NCBI GenBank assembly: GCA_050251015.1
Contig: JBFWNO010000001.1
Span: 15,860 to 79,859, forward strand
Length of the DNA: 64,000 nucleotides
Direction of reading: 5' to 3'
From: Planctomycetota bacterium
Lineage (GTDB): Bacteria; Planctomycetota; JBFWNO01
Position numbers and translations under genes: made by a program. Shown one piece after another: positions 46,210 to 55,751 of this stretch. The notes below the pieces were generated by a model. It was not told the DNA's origin, searched no databases, and saw only the letters and a program-made list of their open reading frames with translations. The number at the start of each line of letters is the position of its first letter. Position 1 is the stretch's first letter.

Positions 46210-46248
46210 CCCCCCACCCTGCCCTCCCCCCAAGAGGGGGAGGGTGAG
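46210..46248. repeat. GC-rich hairpin repeat, copy C
   Basis: CCCCCCACCCTGCCCTCCCCCCAAGAGGGGGAGGGTGAG is near-identical to copy A. Lies directly downstream of the island ORF. Confidence 0.6.
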
Positions 46249-46995
46249 CTACGCTGACCCTTCGGATGGCCCTGTTCGCATTTGAAGCAGCGCATTCGGA
46301 GCCATCGTCCGGGCCACAGTGAAGGCCACCACCCTGAGGGCCCCGGCCTCCTTGAGCACCCGGGCGCAGGCGTTGAGGGTGGCACCGGTGGTCATCACAT
46401 CGTCGACCAGGGCCACATGCAGGCCTTCCACCCTGCGCACGCAGCGGAACCCTCCGTCCGAGCGGAGCCTTTCCTCGCGGGTCTTCGCCGATTGCTTTTT
46501 TACCCACCAGGGACGGGCCAGTGCGGGTCGGTGGGGAATGCCGGATTGGGAGGCAAGCTCCTGCGCCAGAAGCCGGCTCTGGTTGTGACCCCTCCGGAGG
46601 CGACGGAGCAGGGGGCTGGGCACATCCACCAGCACATCCACGCTCGCCAGACCCTCCTTCAGTGCCAGGGGCAACATCCAGGAAGCCAGCTCCCGCGCCC
46701 CTGTCGCGGCGGGACTGTCTTTGAGCCGGAGGATGGCGACGCGGGCGGCCCCCTCATAACTCACTGCGGAATGAGCCGCATCAAGATGCCAAGCCCTTCC
46801 TTCACAGGCACGGCAGGTCAGGGGCCTCAGGCCCGGGCCCAGCCATTCGGCACAACGCCGGCACCCGTCACCACCAAATTCCCGGAAACTGGATCGGCAC
46901 GAGGGGCAGACCACACCCTCGCACTCCGCACCGCATTGGGCGCAGGGGGAAGCCAGGACGGACTCAAGGATTCGGCGTAGGGCGCTTGAGGCCAA
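46249..46995 (-). CDS. comF: ComF-family phosphoribosyltransferase-domain protein
   Basis: N-terminal 4-Cys zinc ribbon (CAQCG ... CPSC ... CRRC ... CRAC) and C-terminal PRTase motif (VALVDDVMTTGATL). Confidence 0.7.
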   Translation of the reverse strand: MASSALRRILESVLASPCAQCGAECEGVVCPSCRSSFREFGGDGCRRCAEWLGPGLRPLTCRACEGRAWHLDAAHSAVSYEGAARVAILRLKDSPAATGARELASWMLPLALKEGLASVDVLVDVPSPLLRRLRRGHNQSRLLAQELASQSGIPHRPALARPWWVKKQSAKTREERLRSDGGFRCVRRVEGLHVALVDDVMTTGATLNACARVLKEAGALRVVAFTVARTMAPNALLQMRTGPSEGSA

Positions 46996-47452
46996 GGATC
47001 AGCTCCACCTCGCCGGAAGGTCGGCCCGTCTTGGCCACGATGTCCTCATGGCTGAAACCCTGGGCGGCCAGCGAGAAGATTTCGGCATGTCGGCTGGAAT
47101 GGTGCCCTGTAGGATCGGGTTTGGAAGGCGAGACCGGCTCCCGCCCCCCCTCCGACCGTCGGGCCTCCAGGGCCTCCAACCTGGCAATACTCTTGTCGGC
47201 CTGGGCCAGGAGCTCCTGCAGGAGGGCGGTCTTTGTTTCCAGGCGCCCCAGGAGGGTGCGGCCGGTTTCCGCCAGCTCCACCATCAATCCCTCCACGCTC
47301 TCTTTGACACGCTTCTCATTCTGGACCCGCTGCTGTTCATCATAGGCCTGTCGCTCGACCTTGAGGCGGCGGCGGCGCGAGGGCACCCAGATGCAGAAGA
47401 TGAACAGGCCCAACACGATGGCGGCGATGGCCACCCTGTGCTCGAAAGGCAT
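46964..47452 (-). CDS. Hypothetical membrane-anchored protein with coiled coil and C-terminal HTH-like segment
   Basis: N-terminal TM helix and RRRR. C-terminal IFSLAAQGFSHEDIVAKTGRPSGEV resembles a small HTH. Shares a stop/start junction with degP. Confidence 0.5.
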   Translation of the reverse strand: MPFEHRVAIAAIVLGLFIFCIWVPSRRRRLKVERQAYDEQQRVQNEKRVKESVEGLMVELAETGRTLLGRLETKTALLQELLAQADKSIARLEALEARRSEGGREPVSPSKPDPTGHHSSRHAEIFSLAAQGFSHEDIVAKTGRPSGEVELILGLKRPTPNP

Positions 47453-48621
47453 CAGTCCACCACCCAGTCGTCGCCAAACACGTGCACGCTCTCCCTCACG
47501 CCCTCTGGCCTTTCCACCAGGCTCATCTCAATCGTGGCGCCACCTTTCTCGCGCAGGACCGAAAAGACGGCCTTGGCCCCTGGCCGCTTCTGGGACAGGA
47601 GGTACCGGAATTCCACGGTGCTGTTGACAGCAACGCCGTCGACCTCGGTGATGAAATCCCCCTCTTCGAAGCCGGATGTGGCAGCCGGGGTGTCGCGAAA
47701 CACCTTGATCACAAAAGCTCCCTTGGCATTGGCCTTGAGGCCGCGCTTGGCAAGGAAGGCCTCCTTGAGCTCGGTGGCATCGCCCAGCAAGACTCCCATC
47801 CAGGGATAGCGCACCCTGCCGTGTTGGATGATTTCGGGCACCACGGTACGCACCAGATAGGTGGGAATGGCAAAGCCGATGCCCTGGAACCCCCCCGTTT
47901 GGCTGGCGATCGCGGCATTGATGCCCACCACCTCTCCACGCCTGTTGAGTAGGGGCCCCCCCGAGTTGCCGGGATTGATGGCGGCATCGACCTGGATGAA
48001 GTTCTCGTAACCAAAGGCGCTCCGGATCACACGCACCCCCCGGCGGCCCAGGGCCGAGACAATCCCGGCTGTCACGGTTTGGTCGAGGCCCAGGGGCGAT
48101 CCGATGGCCAACACCCAGGATCCCACCGGGGGAAGATCCCCATTGCTCAAGCGCGCAAAACTGTGGTCCAGACCTGTCACGCGGATCACTGCCAGGTCAG
48201 TGCGGGCATCGCCCCCGACCATGGTGGCCTCCACCTGCCGGCCATCGTGGAGGGTGACAATAATTTTTTGAGCACCCTCGACAACATGGTTGTTCGTGGC
48301 GATGTGGCCCTCGGCATCAATGAAGACACCTGATCCGGTGGCCTGCGATGTCTCCTCGCGGGGGCGGGTGAAGAAGGGATGGTTGAAGAAGGGGTCGGCA
48401 AAAATGGAATCGCGCTGTTGGGATCGGCGGGTGGCCACAATATTGACCACGGCCGGCCTGACTGCCGCCGCCACCGCGGTGAAATCGGGAAGTTCATCTT
48501 CCTTGACGGGGGGGGCCTCGATGCCGCGGGCCGGGGCCGGACGGAGATCCTGGCTGAGCATCCAGCTGAGGACGGCACCCATCATGACACCCACAAGGAG
48601 GACGGAAACCGGGGTCTTCAT
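47452..48621 (-). CDS. degP: Periplasmic serine endoprotease, DegP/HtrA (Do) family, with PDZ domain
   Basis: Catalytic triad context (TNNHVV ... DLAV ... GNSGGPL). Signal peptide. One PDZ domain. Confidence 0.85.
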   Translation of the reverse strand: MKTPVSVLLVGVMMGAVLSWMLSQDLRPAPARGIEAPPVKEDELPDFTAVAAAVRPAVVNIVATRRSQQRDSIFADPFFNHPFFTRPREETSQATGSGVFIDAEGHIATNNHVVEGAQKIIVTLHDGRQVEATMVGGDARTDLAVIRVTGLDHSFARLSNGDLPPVGSWVLAIGSPLGLDQTVTAGIVSALGRRGVRVIRSAFGYENFIQVDAAINPGNSGGPLLNRRGEVVGINAAIASQTGGFQGIGFAIPTYLVRTVVPEIIQHGRVRYPWMGVLLGDATELKEAFLAKRGLKANAKGAFVIKVFRDTPAATSGFEEGDFITEVDGVAVNSTVEFRYLLSQKRPGAKAVFSVLREKGGATIEMSLVERPEGVRESVHVFGDDWVVD

Positions 48622-48779
48622 TCCTTTATTCTAACCCCCGCCCTCGAACTCGCCTCAACCCCCGCTCAAGGGATGCTCAAGCAGGGCTGGAACGGTGACA
48701 CAACGGCGGGCGCGCGGGGAGCTGCAGGAGAACAGATTTCGCCCGCGGGCACCGATGTGGAAGGGGCAACGGAGACTCA

Positions 48780-48962
48780 TTGAAACGACTCGATTTCGCC
48801 AAGGGCACCCACCACTACAGCTTCGTCTATGACGATGTGAGGGATCTGATCAACCATATTGTGGACTTGGCCGACAGCCCCGAATGCCATTTCGACCTCA
48901 TGGATGTGTTTGCCATCGTCAAGAGACTGGCCCACACCAAGGTGCCGGCCCCCCAGGATTGA
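48780..48962 (+). CDS. Small hypothetical ORF (60 aa, acidic)
   Basis: ORF only; no family recognised. Divergent from degP. Confidence 0.3.
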   Translation: MKRLDFAKGTHHYSFVYDDVRDLINHIVDLADSPECHFDLMDVFAIVKRLAHTKVPAPQD

Positions 48963-49030
48963 CGCTGGGAACCCGGGAGGCTTATCATGCCCCGCCCGGG
49001 AACGAGATCCCGCCGCGAAAGGACACCCCC

Positions 49031-49228
49031 ATGCCCAGCCTTGAAACCATCTCCACCCGCCTCAAGAAGGTGAAGGAACTCTCCACCAAGGCCCAAAAGG
49101 ACCACCGCAAGAAGCAACTCAAGAAGCAGGCTAAGCGTCTGTCCCGCAAGGGCTACCACCTCAAGGCTCGCGCCAAGCGCCTGGCCTCCAAGTCGGCCCA
49201 GGCTGAAGGCGAGAAGGCCTCCTCATAA
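49031..49228 (+). CDS. Small highly basic protein (65 aa; K/R-rich)
   Basis: Start at the internal ATG of the track ORF. Composition resembles a nucleic-acid-binding or ribosome-associated small protein. Its TAA stop overlaps the putative lpxK ATA start. Confidence 0.4.
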   Translation: MPSLETISTRLKKVKELSTKAQKDHRKKQLKKQAKRLSRKGYHLKARAKRLASKSAQAEGEKASS

Positions 49229-50148
49229 GAGCGCTCCTCGCGCCCCTGGGAATCCTTTACCGGATCCTCCAGTCGGCCGATAGCCTTCGCCACGAATGGG
49301 GCGCCGAATCTGTCGGGCTCCCCGTTGTGAGTGTCGGCAACCTGTCTGCCGGTGGCTCCGGCAAGACTGTGCTCTGCGATTGGCTTCTCCATCGCTTTCC
49401 GGGTGCCGGCCTGGCCGCTCGGGGTTACGGAGCCGAGCGTGGCCAACCCAACGACGAAATGAAGCTGTTGGCCTCGCATCATCCGGGCCTCCTCATGGAG
49501 TCGGATCCCGACCGGGTCGCCGGGGCCCGACGACTCAAGGAAAGGGGAGCCCGCTGGGTCCTGCTGGATGACGGCTTCCAGCACCGCCGCCTTCGCCGCG
49601 ACCTCGACCTTGTGCTCTTGGATGCGGTGAACCCTTTCGCGGGAGGCCTCCTGCCGGCAGGGAACCTGAGGGAACCCCCTTCAGCCCTTCACCGGGCCGA
49701 CCTGATCATCCTCTCCCGCGCTGACGCCCTGGATTCCGCCAGCAGGGAAGGGCTCCGGCGTGAACTTTCCCTGCGATTTGGCAAGACTGTGCTGTGTGCC
49801 CGGCATGTCCCAAGGCCTCCCCGCCTCCATGGAAACGGCACGGTTCTGGAACCCGGCGAAGTCCACATGCTGGCCGGGGTCGCCCACCCGAGTTCGGTGG
49901 CCGCCTCGTTGGCCAAGCTTGGCTACTGGGTGAAGGAGCGCACCTGCCCCGGGGATCACCGAAAACCCTCCGCCTGGGATTTGAAGCGGCTCGAGCAGAC
50001 AAAGCTCCCCATCGTCTGCACCGAGAAGGACTGGGTGAAGGCCCCCCCGGGGGCGGCCTGGCATGTGCTGAAGGTAGAATGGGAATTCATGGACAAGAGC
50101 AACACCCTCGACAGGCTCATGGAGCGCGCTTTGGGCGCCCCCCGATGA
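49225..50148 (+). CDS. lpxK: Tetraacyldisaccharide 4'-kinase; conserved N-terminus lacks a canonical start codon
   Basis: P-loop VVSVGNLSAGGSGKT. The reading frame is open back to a TGA at 49204 and encodes the conserved LpxK N-terminal helix (ALLAPLGILYRIL), but the only candidate start is ATA at 49225 (no ATG/GTG/TTG until GTG at 49327). 3' ATGA overlap with hldE. Confidence 0.75.
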   Translation: MRALLAPLGILYRILQSADSLRHEWGAESVGLPVVSVGNLSAGGSGKTVLCDWLLHRFPGAGLAARGYGAERGQPNDEMKLLASHHPGLLMESDPDRVAGARRLKERGARWVLLDDGFQHRRLRRDLDLVLLDAVNPFAGGLLPAGNLREPPSALHRADLIILSRADALDSASREGLRRELSLRFGKTVLCARHVPRPPRLHGNGTVLEPGEVHMLAGVAHPSSVAASLAKLGYWVKERTCPGDHRKPSAWDLKRLEQTKLPIVCTEKDWVKAPPGAAWHVLKVEWEFMDKSNTLDRLMERALGAPR

Positions 50149-51584
50149 ACACACCCCTCGATTCGCTGGGCTCGCCGCGGATCCTGGTGGTGGGCGACCT
50201 GATGCTTGACCGCTATGTGAAGGGGCAGGTGGAGAGGATTTCCCCTGAGGGACCGATCCCTGTCTTGAGGGAGCAATCCCGTGATGAAAGCCCGGGGGGG
50301 GCCGCGAATGTGGCTTGCAACCTTGTCGCCATGGGTGCGAAAGCTGAACTGGCGGGGTTGGTGGGCCGCGATGGAGCGGGACAGAGACTCAAGACCCTCC
50401 TCAAGGCCAGGGGAGTCGGCACCTCGCTCATTGTTGCCACTTCGGCCCCCACCAGTGTGAAGACGCGCTTCCTCGCACAGGGCCAGCAACTTCTCCGGCT
50501 CGACAGGGAGGAAACTCCTCTGCCCCGTTTCCCGGCGGCGGCCGCGGCCCGCCTTCTCCAGCGACTCAAACACTGCGACCTGGTGATCCTCAGCGACTAT
50601 GCCAAGGGCACGCTCTCGGACGATCTTCTGAGGCGCCTGATCGCCACCTGCCGGAAACACGGCGTGCCCGTGCTGGTGGATCCCAAGCGCCGTGACTTCA
50701 GGGCCTACCGCGGGGCCACCCTGGTGACCCCCAACCTCCGCGAGGCCTCGGTAGCCAGCGGCCTGGACATCCGCACCGAAGCCGACCTGAAGAAGGCTGC
50801 GAATATCCTGCTCGCTCAAACGGGATCCAAGGACATCCTGATCACCCGTGGTCCCGAGGGCATGAGCCTCATCGGACGCTCTGGCGCCTTTCATGTTCCC
50901 ACCCGCGCCAAGACTGTGTTCGATGTCAGCGGTGCTGGCGACAGCTCGCTGGCGGCCCTCGCCATGGGTTGGTCGGCCAAGCTGGACCCTGTTTCCTGCC
51001 TGCATCTGGCCAACCTCGCCGGGGGCGTGGCCGTGGGCCGCCTGGGTGCCCAGAGCGTGTCACTCGACGACCTCCGAGAGGCCGAGGGTGATGAGGAGAT
51101 GGCCAAACTACTTCCCTATTCCGAGGCAGGGGCCTGGTCGGCTGCCCAAAGAAAGGCCGGCCGGCGCATCGCGCTCACCACGGGTTGCTTCGATCTCTTG
51201 CACCCCGGCCACCTGAGTCTCCTGCGCGAGGCCTCCCGCCATGCCGATCTTTTGGTGGTGGGCATCAACTCGGACGCCAGCGTGCGCCGGCTCAAGGGCC
51301 CCACCCGACCCGTGACCAGCGAAACCCAGAGGGCCCACATGCTGGGCGGCTTCGATTTTGTGCACAAGGTGGTGGTGTTCAGCGGCCTGAGCCCCAGGGG
51401 TCTCATCGCCCGCCTCAAGCCCGCCGTCTGGGTCAAGGGCGCCGACTACGCCGGCAAGGGGGAAACCCCGGCCTTCAAGGCCGAGGCCGCCGAGGTCAGG
51501 CGCCACGGCGGGCGTGTGCACCTGGCAAGGTTCCTCAAGGGCCACAGCACCACGGGTCTGGTCAACAAACTCCGCAAGGTTTGA
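50145..51584 (+). CDS. hldE: Bifunctional D-glycero-beta-D-manno-heptose-7-phosphate kinase / heptose-1-phosphate adenylyltransferase
   Basis: N-terminal ribokinase-like domain (DVSGAGD) and C-terminal cytidylyltransferase-like domain (TGCFDLLHPGH). Start at the internal Met MNTPLDS. Confidence 0.85.
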   Translation: MNTPLDSLGSPRILVVGDLMLDRYVKGQVERISPEGPIPVLREQSRDESPGGAANVACNLVAMGAKAELAGLVGRDGAGQRLKTLLKARGVGTSLIVATSAPTSVKTRFLAQGQQLLRLDREETPLPRFPAAAAARLLQRLKHCDLVILSDYAKGTLSDDLLRRLIATCRKHGVPVLVDPKRRDFRAYRGATLVTPNLREASVASGLDIRTEADLKKAANILLAQTGSKDILITRGPEGMSLIGRSGAFHVPTRAKTVFDVSGAGDSSLAALAMGWSAKLDPVSCLHLANLAGGVAVGRLGAQSVSLDDLREAEGDEEMAKLLPYSEAGAWSAAQRKAGRRIALTTGCFDLLHPGHLSLLREASRHADLLVVGINSDASVRRLKGPTRPVTSETQRAHMLGGFDFVHKVVVFSGLSPRGLIARLKPAVWVKGADYAGKGETPAFKAEAAEVRRHGGRVHLARFLKGHSTTGLVNKLRKV

Positions 51585-51627
51585 CCCCCCGGACACCCCG
51601 TTTCCCCGACGGGTATAATCGTCACCC

Positions 51628-53100
51628 ATGTGCGGCTTCCTCGGGATCCTCGACCCTGACCATGATGTGATCGGGCTCCTGTACAACGGCCTGCAGACCC
51701 TCCAGCACCGCGGGCAGGACAGCGCCGGCTTTGCCACCTTCGATTCGATGTTCCACATTAAGAAGGGCAACGGTCTTGTCCGTGACATGATCGAGCCACG
51801 CCACTTCGAGAGGCTTAAGGGGCATATGGGCATCGCCCATGTCCGCTACCCCACCATTGGCGGCGGCACGGAACACGATGCCCAACCCTTCGAAACCTTC
51901 CATCCCTACGGCATCGCCATGGCCCACAACGGGAATGTGGTCAACTACCACGCTCTCAAGAAGGAACTGATCGCCGGCGGGCGCCATATCAACTCCGGCT
52001 GCGACGTTGAGGTGATCATGGCCGTGTTTGCCGAATCGCTGGCCCGCAGCGGCAAGCTCGACCAGGAGTCGGTGTTCGCCGCAGTGGCCGAAGTGTTCGC
52101 CAGGGTCAAGGGGGCCTACAGTTGTGTGGCCCTGATCGCCCGCTTCGGGTTGGTGGTGTTCCGTGATCCCAGCGGCATCCGCCCCTGCTCGCTGGGCCGC
52201 CGCCAGGGTGCGCACGGCACCGCCTGGGCAGCGGCCAGTGAAAGTGTGGCCTTCGGTCTCATGGGCTACGACTGGGTCGGCGACCTGGGCGCCGGGGAAG
52301 CCATGATCATTCCCCACGACGCCTCCGAGCCCCTGCGCCGACGCATCGCACCCGAGGCCAACACCAAACCCTGCATTTTCGAATACATCTACTTCGCCCG
52401 CCCCGACAGTGTGATCGACACCCTCGGTGTCCACAGCCTGCGCAAGGACCTGGGACGAACGCTGGCTGCCAAGGTGCGCTCCCTGAATGTGAAGGCGGAC
52501 GTGGTGATCCCCGTGCCCGACAGTGCCCGTGTCGCTGCCCAGGCGATGGCGGTCGAGCTAGGCATCCCCTACAGCGAAGGCCTGGTGAAGAACCGCTATG
52601 TGGGCCGCACCTTCATCATGGCCAGCCAAAGCCAGCGCCAGTCGAGCATCCGCTCCAAATTGACACCGGTTGAAAGTGAAATCCGCGGAAAGCATGTGCT
52701 CCTGGTCGACGACAGTATTGTCAGGGGCAACACCAGCGCCCGCATTGTGGAGATGGTCAGGGGAGCAGGGGCCCTGAGCGTGACTCTGGCCTCCTACTCT
52801 CCGCCTGTCCTGCACCCTTGTTATTACGGCATCGACATGTCGCGCCGCGAGGAACTTGTCGCCCACGGCAGGAACCTCGAGCAGATCCGCAGAATCATCG
52901 GTTGCGACCAACTCATCTATCAGGATCTCAAGGACATGCTCGCCTCGGCCCGTTCGCTGGCTCCCAAAGTCCAGGGTTTCTGCAATGCCTGTTTCTCGGG
53001 TGAATACCCCGTGGCCGGTATCGAGGACAAGGATATGGAAAGCCTGGCAGCCGACCGCGACCGCGGTGACCTGCCCCTATGGCAGGCCGTTCCGGGCTGA
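51628..53100 (+). CDS. purF: Amidophosphoribosyltransferase
   Basis: N-terminal MCG (Ntn Cys), glutaminase domain, and PRTase motif (VLLVDDSIVRGNTS). Confidence 0.9.
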   Translation: MCGFLGILDPDHDVIGLLYNGLQTLQHRGQDSAGFATFDSMFHIKKGNGLVRDMIEPRHFERLKGHMGIAHVRYPTIGGGTEHDAQPFETFHPYGIAMAHNGNVVNYHALKKELIAGGRHINSGCDVEVIMAVFAESLARSGKLDQESVFAAVAEVFARVKGAYSCVALIARFGLVVFRDPSGIRPCSLGRRQGAHGTAWAAASESVAFGLMGYDWVGDLGAGEAMIIPHDASEPLRRRIAPEANTKPCIFEYIYFARPDSVIDTLGVHSLRKDLGRTLAAKVRSLNVKADVVIPVPDSARVAAQAMAVELGIPYSEGLVKNRYVGRTFIMASQSQRQSSIRSKLTPVESEIRGKHVLLVDDSIVRGNTSARIVEMVRGAGALSVTLASYSPPVLHPCYYGIDMSRREELVAHGRNLEQIRRIIGCDQLIYQDLKDMLASARSLAPKVQGFCNACFSGEYPVAGIEDKDMESLAADRDRGDLPLWQAVPG

Positions 53101-53104
53101 TTTC

Positions 53105-54757
53105 TTGCCGGTCATCCTGATCGTCACCGCCTCCATCGCGGCCTTCCTGGCTGGCTATCGTTTATGGGGATCCCGGGTGGCCCGGGAAGCCGGCCTCGAT
53201 GACAGCCGCGCCACCCCCGCCGAAACAGTCAACGACGGGCAGGATTTTGTGCCCACCGAACCGGGCTACCTGCTGGGGCAGCATTTCAGCGCCATTGCCG
53301 CCGCCGGTCCCATCGTCGGGCCCATCGCCGCCTGCCTGGCCTTCGGTTGGCTCCCGGCCATCCTCTGGATCGTGGTTGGTTCCATTTTCATCGGGGCCGT
53401 GCACGACTTCAGCGCCCTGGCCGGCTCGGTGCGCCATGGAGCCCTTTCAATCGCCAGCATTGTCGAGCGGCATATGGGCCGCAGCTCCTACCTGGCCTTC
53501 CTGGCCTTCCTGTGGCTGTCGCTGATCTATGTGATCATCGCCTTCACCGATGTCACGGCCGGTTCCTTCCTGGCTGATGTAACAGGAGGTGCGGTGGCCA
53601 CATCCAGTCTCCTCTATCTCGTTCTCGGACTGGCCATGGGTTTGTGCCTCAAGGCCGGGATGCCCTTGAGACCCGCCACCTTCGTGTTTGTGTTGCTGGT
53701 GGGCCTGGCCATCTGGTGGAGCCCCCGGATCCCCCTCACCCTTGATGTGGCCCAGCCCAGGAAACTATGGAGCCTTCTGATTTTGGCGTACTGCATCCTG
53801 GCAAGCCTGGCTCCCGTGTGGCTCCTGATGCAGCCCCGGGGCCATTTGGGAGGTTACTTCCTCTACACCATCCTGGCAGGCGCTATCCTGGGCCTCCTGT
53901 GGGGTGGTGGCGAGTTCACCACAACCTGGCCGGCCTTCACATCCTGGGAGTCGGCCCAAGGCCCCCTCTTTCCGGTGCTCTTTGTGACGATCGCCTGCGG
54001 AGCCTGTTCCGGGTTCCATGGCCTGGTCTGCTCGGGAACCACCTCGAAACAAATCAAGAAGGAAAGCCACTGCCGGAGCGTGGGTTACGGAGCCATGCTC
54101 CTCGAGGGTCTGGTGGCCGTGATCGCCCTTGCAACTGTCATGGTTCTTCCCGCTGGCACCTCTGCGGGAGGGCCCGACGCCATCTATGCCCGTGGCATCG
54201 CAGGTTTCATCGCAGCGCTGGGCATCAACGCCGACTTCGCCCTGACCTTTGCCAGCCTGGCCTTCGCCACCTTCGTCTACGACACCCTCGATGTGGCCAT
54301 GCGGCTGGGCCGTCACATCCTCATGGAACTCCTGGGGAAGGATATGGCCTGGCGGATCCTCGCCACTTTGCTGACGGCCGGCCTGCCGGCGGGTTATTTT
54401 TTGCTGGCTCCCGAAAGCATGATGGTGGGCGGGAAGCCCGTGGCCACCTGGAAGCTGGTGTGGACCCTGTTTGGCAGCTCCAACCAGCTCCTCGGGGGAC
54501 TCACTCTCCTGACAATGGCGCTCTGGCTCAAGCGCGACGGGAGGCCTCATCGCCTTGTTCTCCTTCCCGGGCTTTTCATGCTGGGGATCACCGTGTGTTC
54601 CCTGCTCCGCTTCCTTTCTCCCCTTGTAGAATGGCCTGCTACGGGCGGCATCAACAATGCCACGGTCAATGCGTTGGTGGCCCTTCTTTTCCTGGGGCTT
54701 GCTGGATTTCTGGGTTACAAAGGATGGTGTGTCTTGAGACAACGGAGTGTCGCATGA
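53105..54757 (+). CDS. cstA: Carbon starvation protein A family transporter
   Basis: Many TM helices. Conserved CstA N-terminal block (GQHFSAIAAAGPIVGPI ... HDFSALAGSVRH). TTG start assumed just after the purF stop; the track ORF is a 5' over-extension. Confidence 0.75.
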   Translation: MPVILIVTASIAAFLAGYRLWGSRVAREAGLDDSRATPAETVNDGQDFVPTEPGYLLGQHFSAIAAAGPIVGPIAACLAFGWLPAILWIVVGSIFIGAVHDFSALAGSVRHGALSIASIVERHMGRSSYLAFLAFLWLSLIYVIIAFTDVTAGSFLADVTGGAVATSSLLYLVLGLAMGLCLKAGMPLRPATFVFVLLVGLAIWWSPRIPLTLDVAQPRKLWSLLILAYCILASLAPVWLLMQPRGHLGGYFLYTILAGAILGLLWGGGEFTTTWPAFTSWESAQGPLFPVLFVTIACGACSGFHGLVCSGTTSKQIKKESHCRSVGYGAMLLEGLVAVIALATVMVLPAGTSAGGPDAIYARGIAGFIAALGINADFALTFASLAFATFVYDTLDVAMRLGRHILMELLGKDMAWRILATLLTAGLPAGYFLLAPESMMVGGKPVATWKLVWTLFGSSNQLLGGLTLLTMALWLKRDGRPHRLVLLPGLFMLGITVCSLLRFLSPLVEWPATGGINNATVNALVALLFLGLAGFLGYKGWCVLRQRSVA

Positions 54758-55470
54758 AATCAAAACGTTTCGGACTCCTCCTTTTCCTTCTTGCGGCCAC
54801 CGCCCTCGCCTCCCTTCCGGCAGAGGAGGAACCCGAAAATCCGCCCTCCGCAGAGTCATCCGAATCGGGTGATACGGTTCCAGAGGATCTCGACGCCTGG
54901 AAAAATGAACGCCGCACCCAGCTGGAAAGCATGGGTTTCAGCGAGAGGGACCTGGGGATCATTCTTGAGGAAGAGGCCAACATCCTGAAGGAGACACTCC
55001 TGTTCCCCAAGGAAAAGCGGGCCGCCGAACGCGAGCGCCTCACACGCGACCGCGTCAGGAAGTTCATCAGCGCCTCCATGAAATTCGCCGCCTATCCCAA
55101 GGAATACATCGAGAAACTGGTGGAAACATGGCCGGAATGGTTCACCAACACAAAGGAAAAGAAGCTGGCCTACCTTCAGGAAACCCTGGATGCCATGGAA
55201 GCCGACGAAATTGCCGAACGGGAGGCCAAGGCCAAGGGCCTCCTGAATGACGTCCTCCGGAATATCGACATGCATTACAAGGAGGTCGGTGTTCAGCCCG
55301 GAGCCAAGGCCCGTGGCCAGTTTGAGGCCTCCTGGGAGCGCATCGTCAAGACACCGAAGAGGCTGTCCAAGGATGTGTTGATTGCGGAAAAAACCAAGAT
55401 CAAGCGATCGGGTTACGACCCCGCAGCCTTGAAGATCATCTTCGAGGCCGTCGACGCCCTCTTTTCCTGA
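54754..55470 (+). CDS. Hypothetical secreted protein (charged, helical)
   Basis: Signal peptide MKSKRFGLLLFLLAATALASLPA. ATGA overlap with cstA. Confidence 0.55.
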   Translation: MKSKRFGLLLFLLAATALASLPAEEEPENPPSAESSESGDTVPEDLDAWKNERRTQLESMGFSERDLGIILEEEANILKETLLFPKEKRAAERERLTRDRVRKFISASMKFAAYPKEYIEKLVETWPEWFTNTKEKKLAYLQETLDAMEADEIAEREAKAKGLLNDVLRNIDMHYKEVGVQPGAKARGQFEASWERIVKTPKRLSKDVLIAEKTKIKRSGYDPAALKIIFEAVDALFS

Positions 55471-55751
55471 GGCCACCCAAACAGGATCGCTCTCAGGTCT
55501 CGGACAGGAACCCCAGCGCCAGGAGATGGGCCGCCCCCAGGGCCTCACCGGATGAGGGTGAAGGAGGGACCGGCCGGTTGGCAAGGCGCGTCCAACGCCA
55601 GAGAATTTCCCAGGGAATGCGGCGGGGATGGGAGGAGCGGATCGAGGCGTTCAAGATGTTCATGACAGACCTCCTTTGGTCTTCCCCAAGAATACGCATG
55701 CCGGGGACACCTTCAGGAGTCATGCCGGTACGTCTGAGGGAGAGGGTGGGT

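Noticed and set aside
55471-55751. Intergenic region between the secreted-protein gene and uvrA, including the 76-aa ORF at 55493-55723 and the direct repeat CATGCCGG ... CATGCCGG
   Set aside because: The ORF has no recognisable features. No convincing hairpin plus T-tract terminator could be assigned by eye, so the region is left unannotated.
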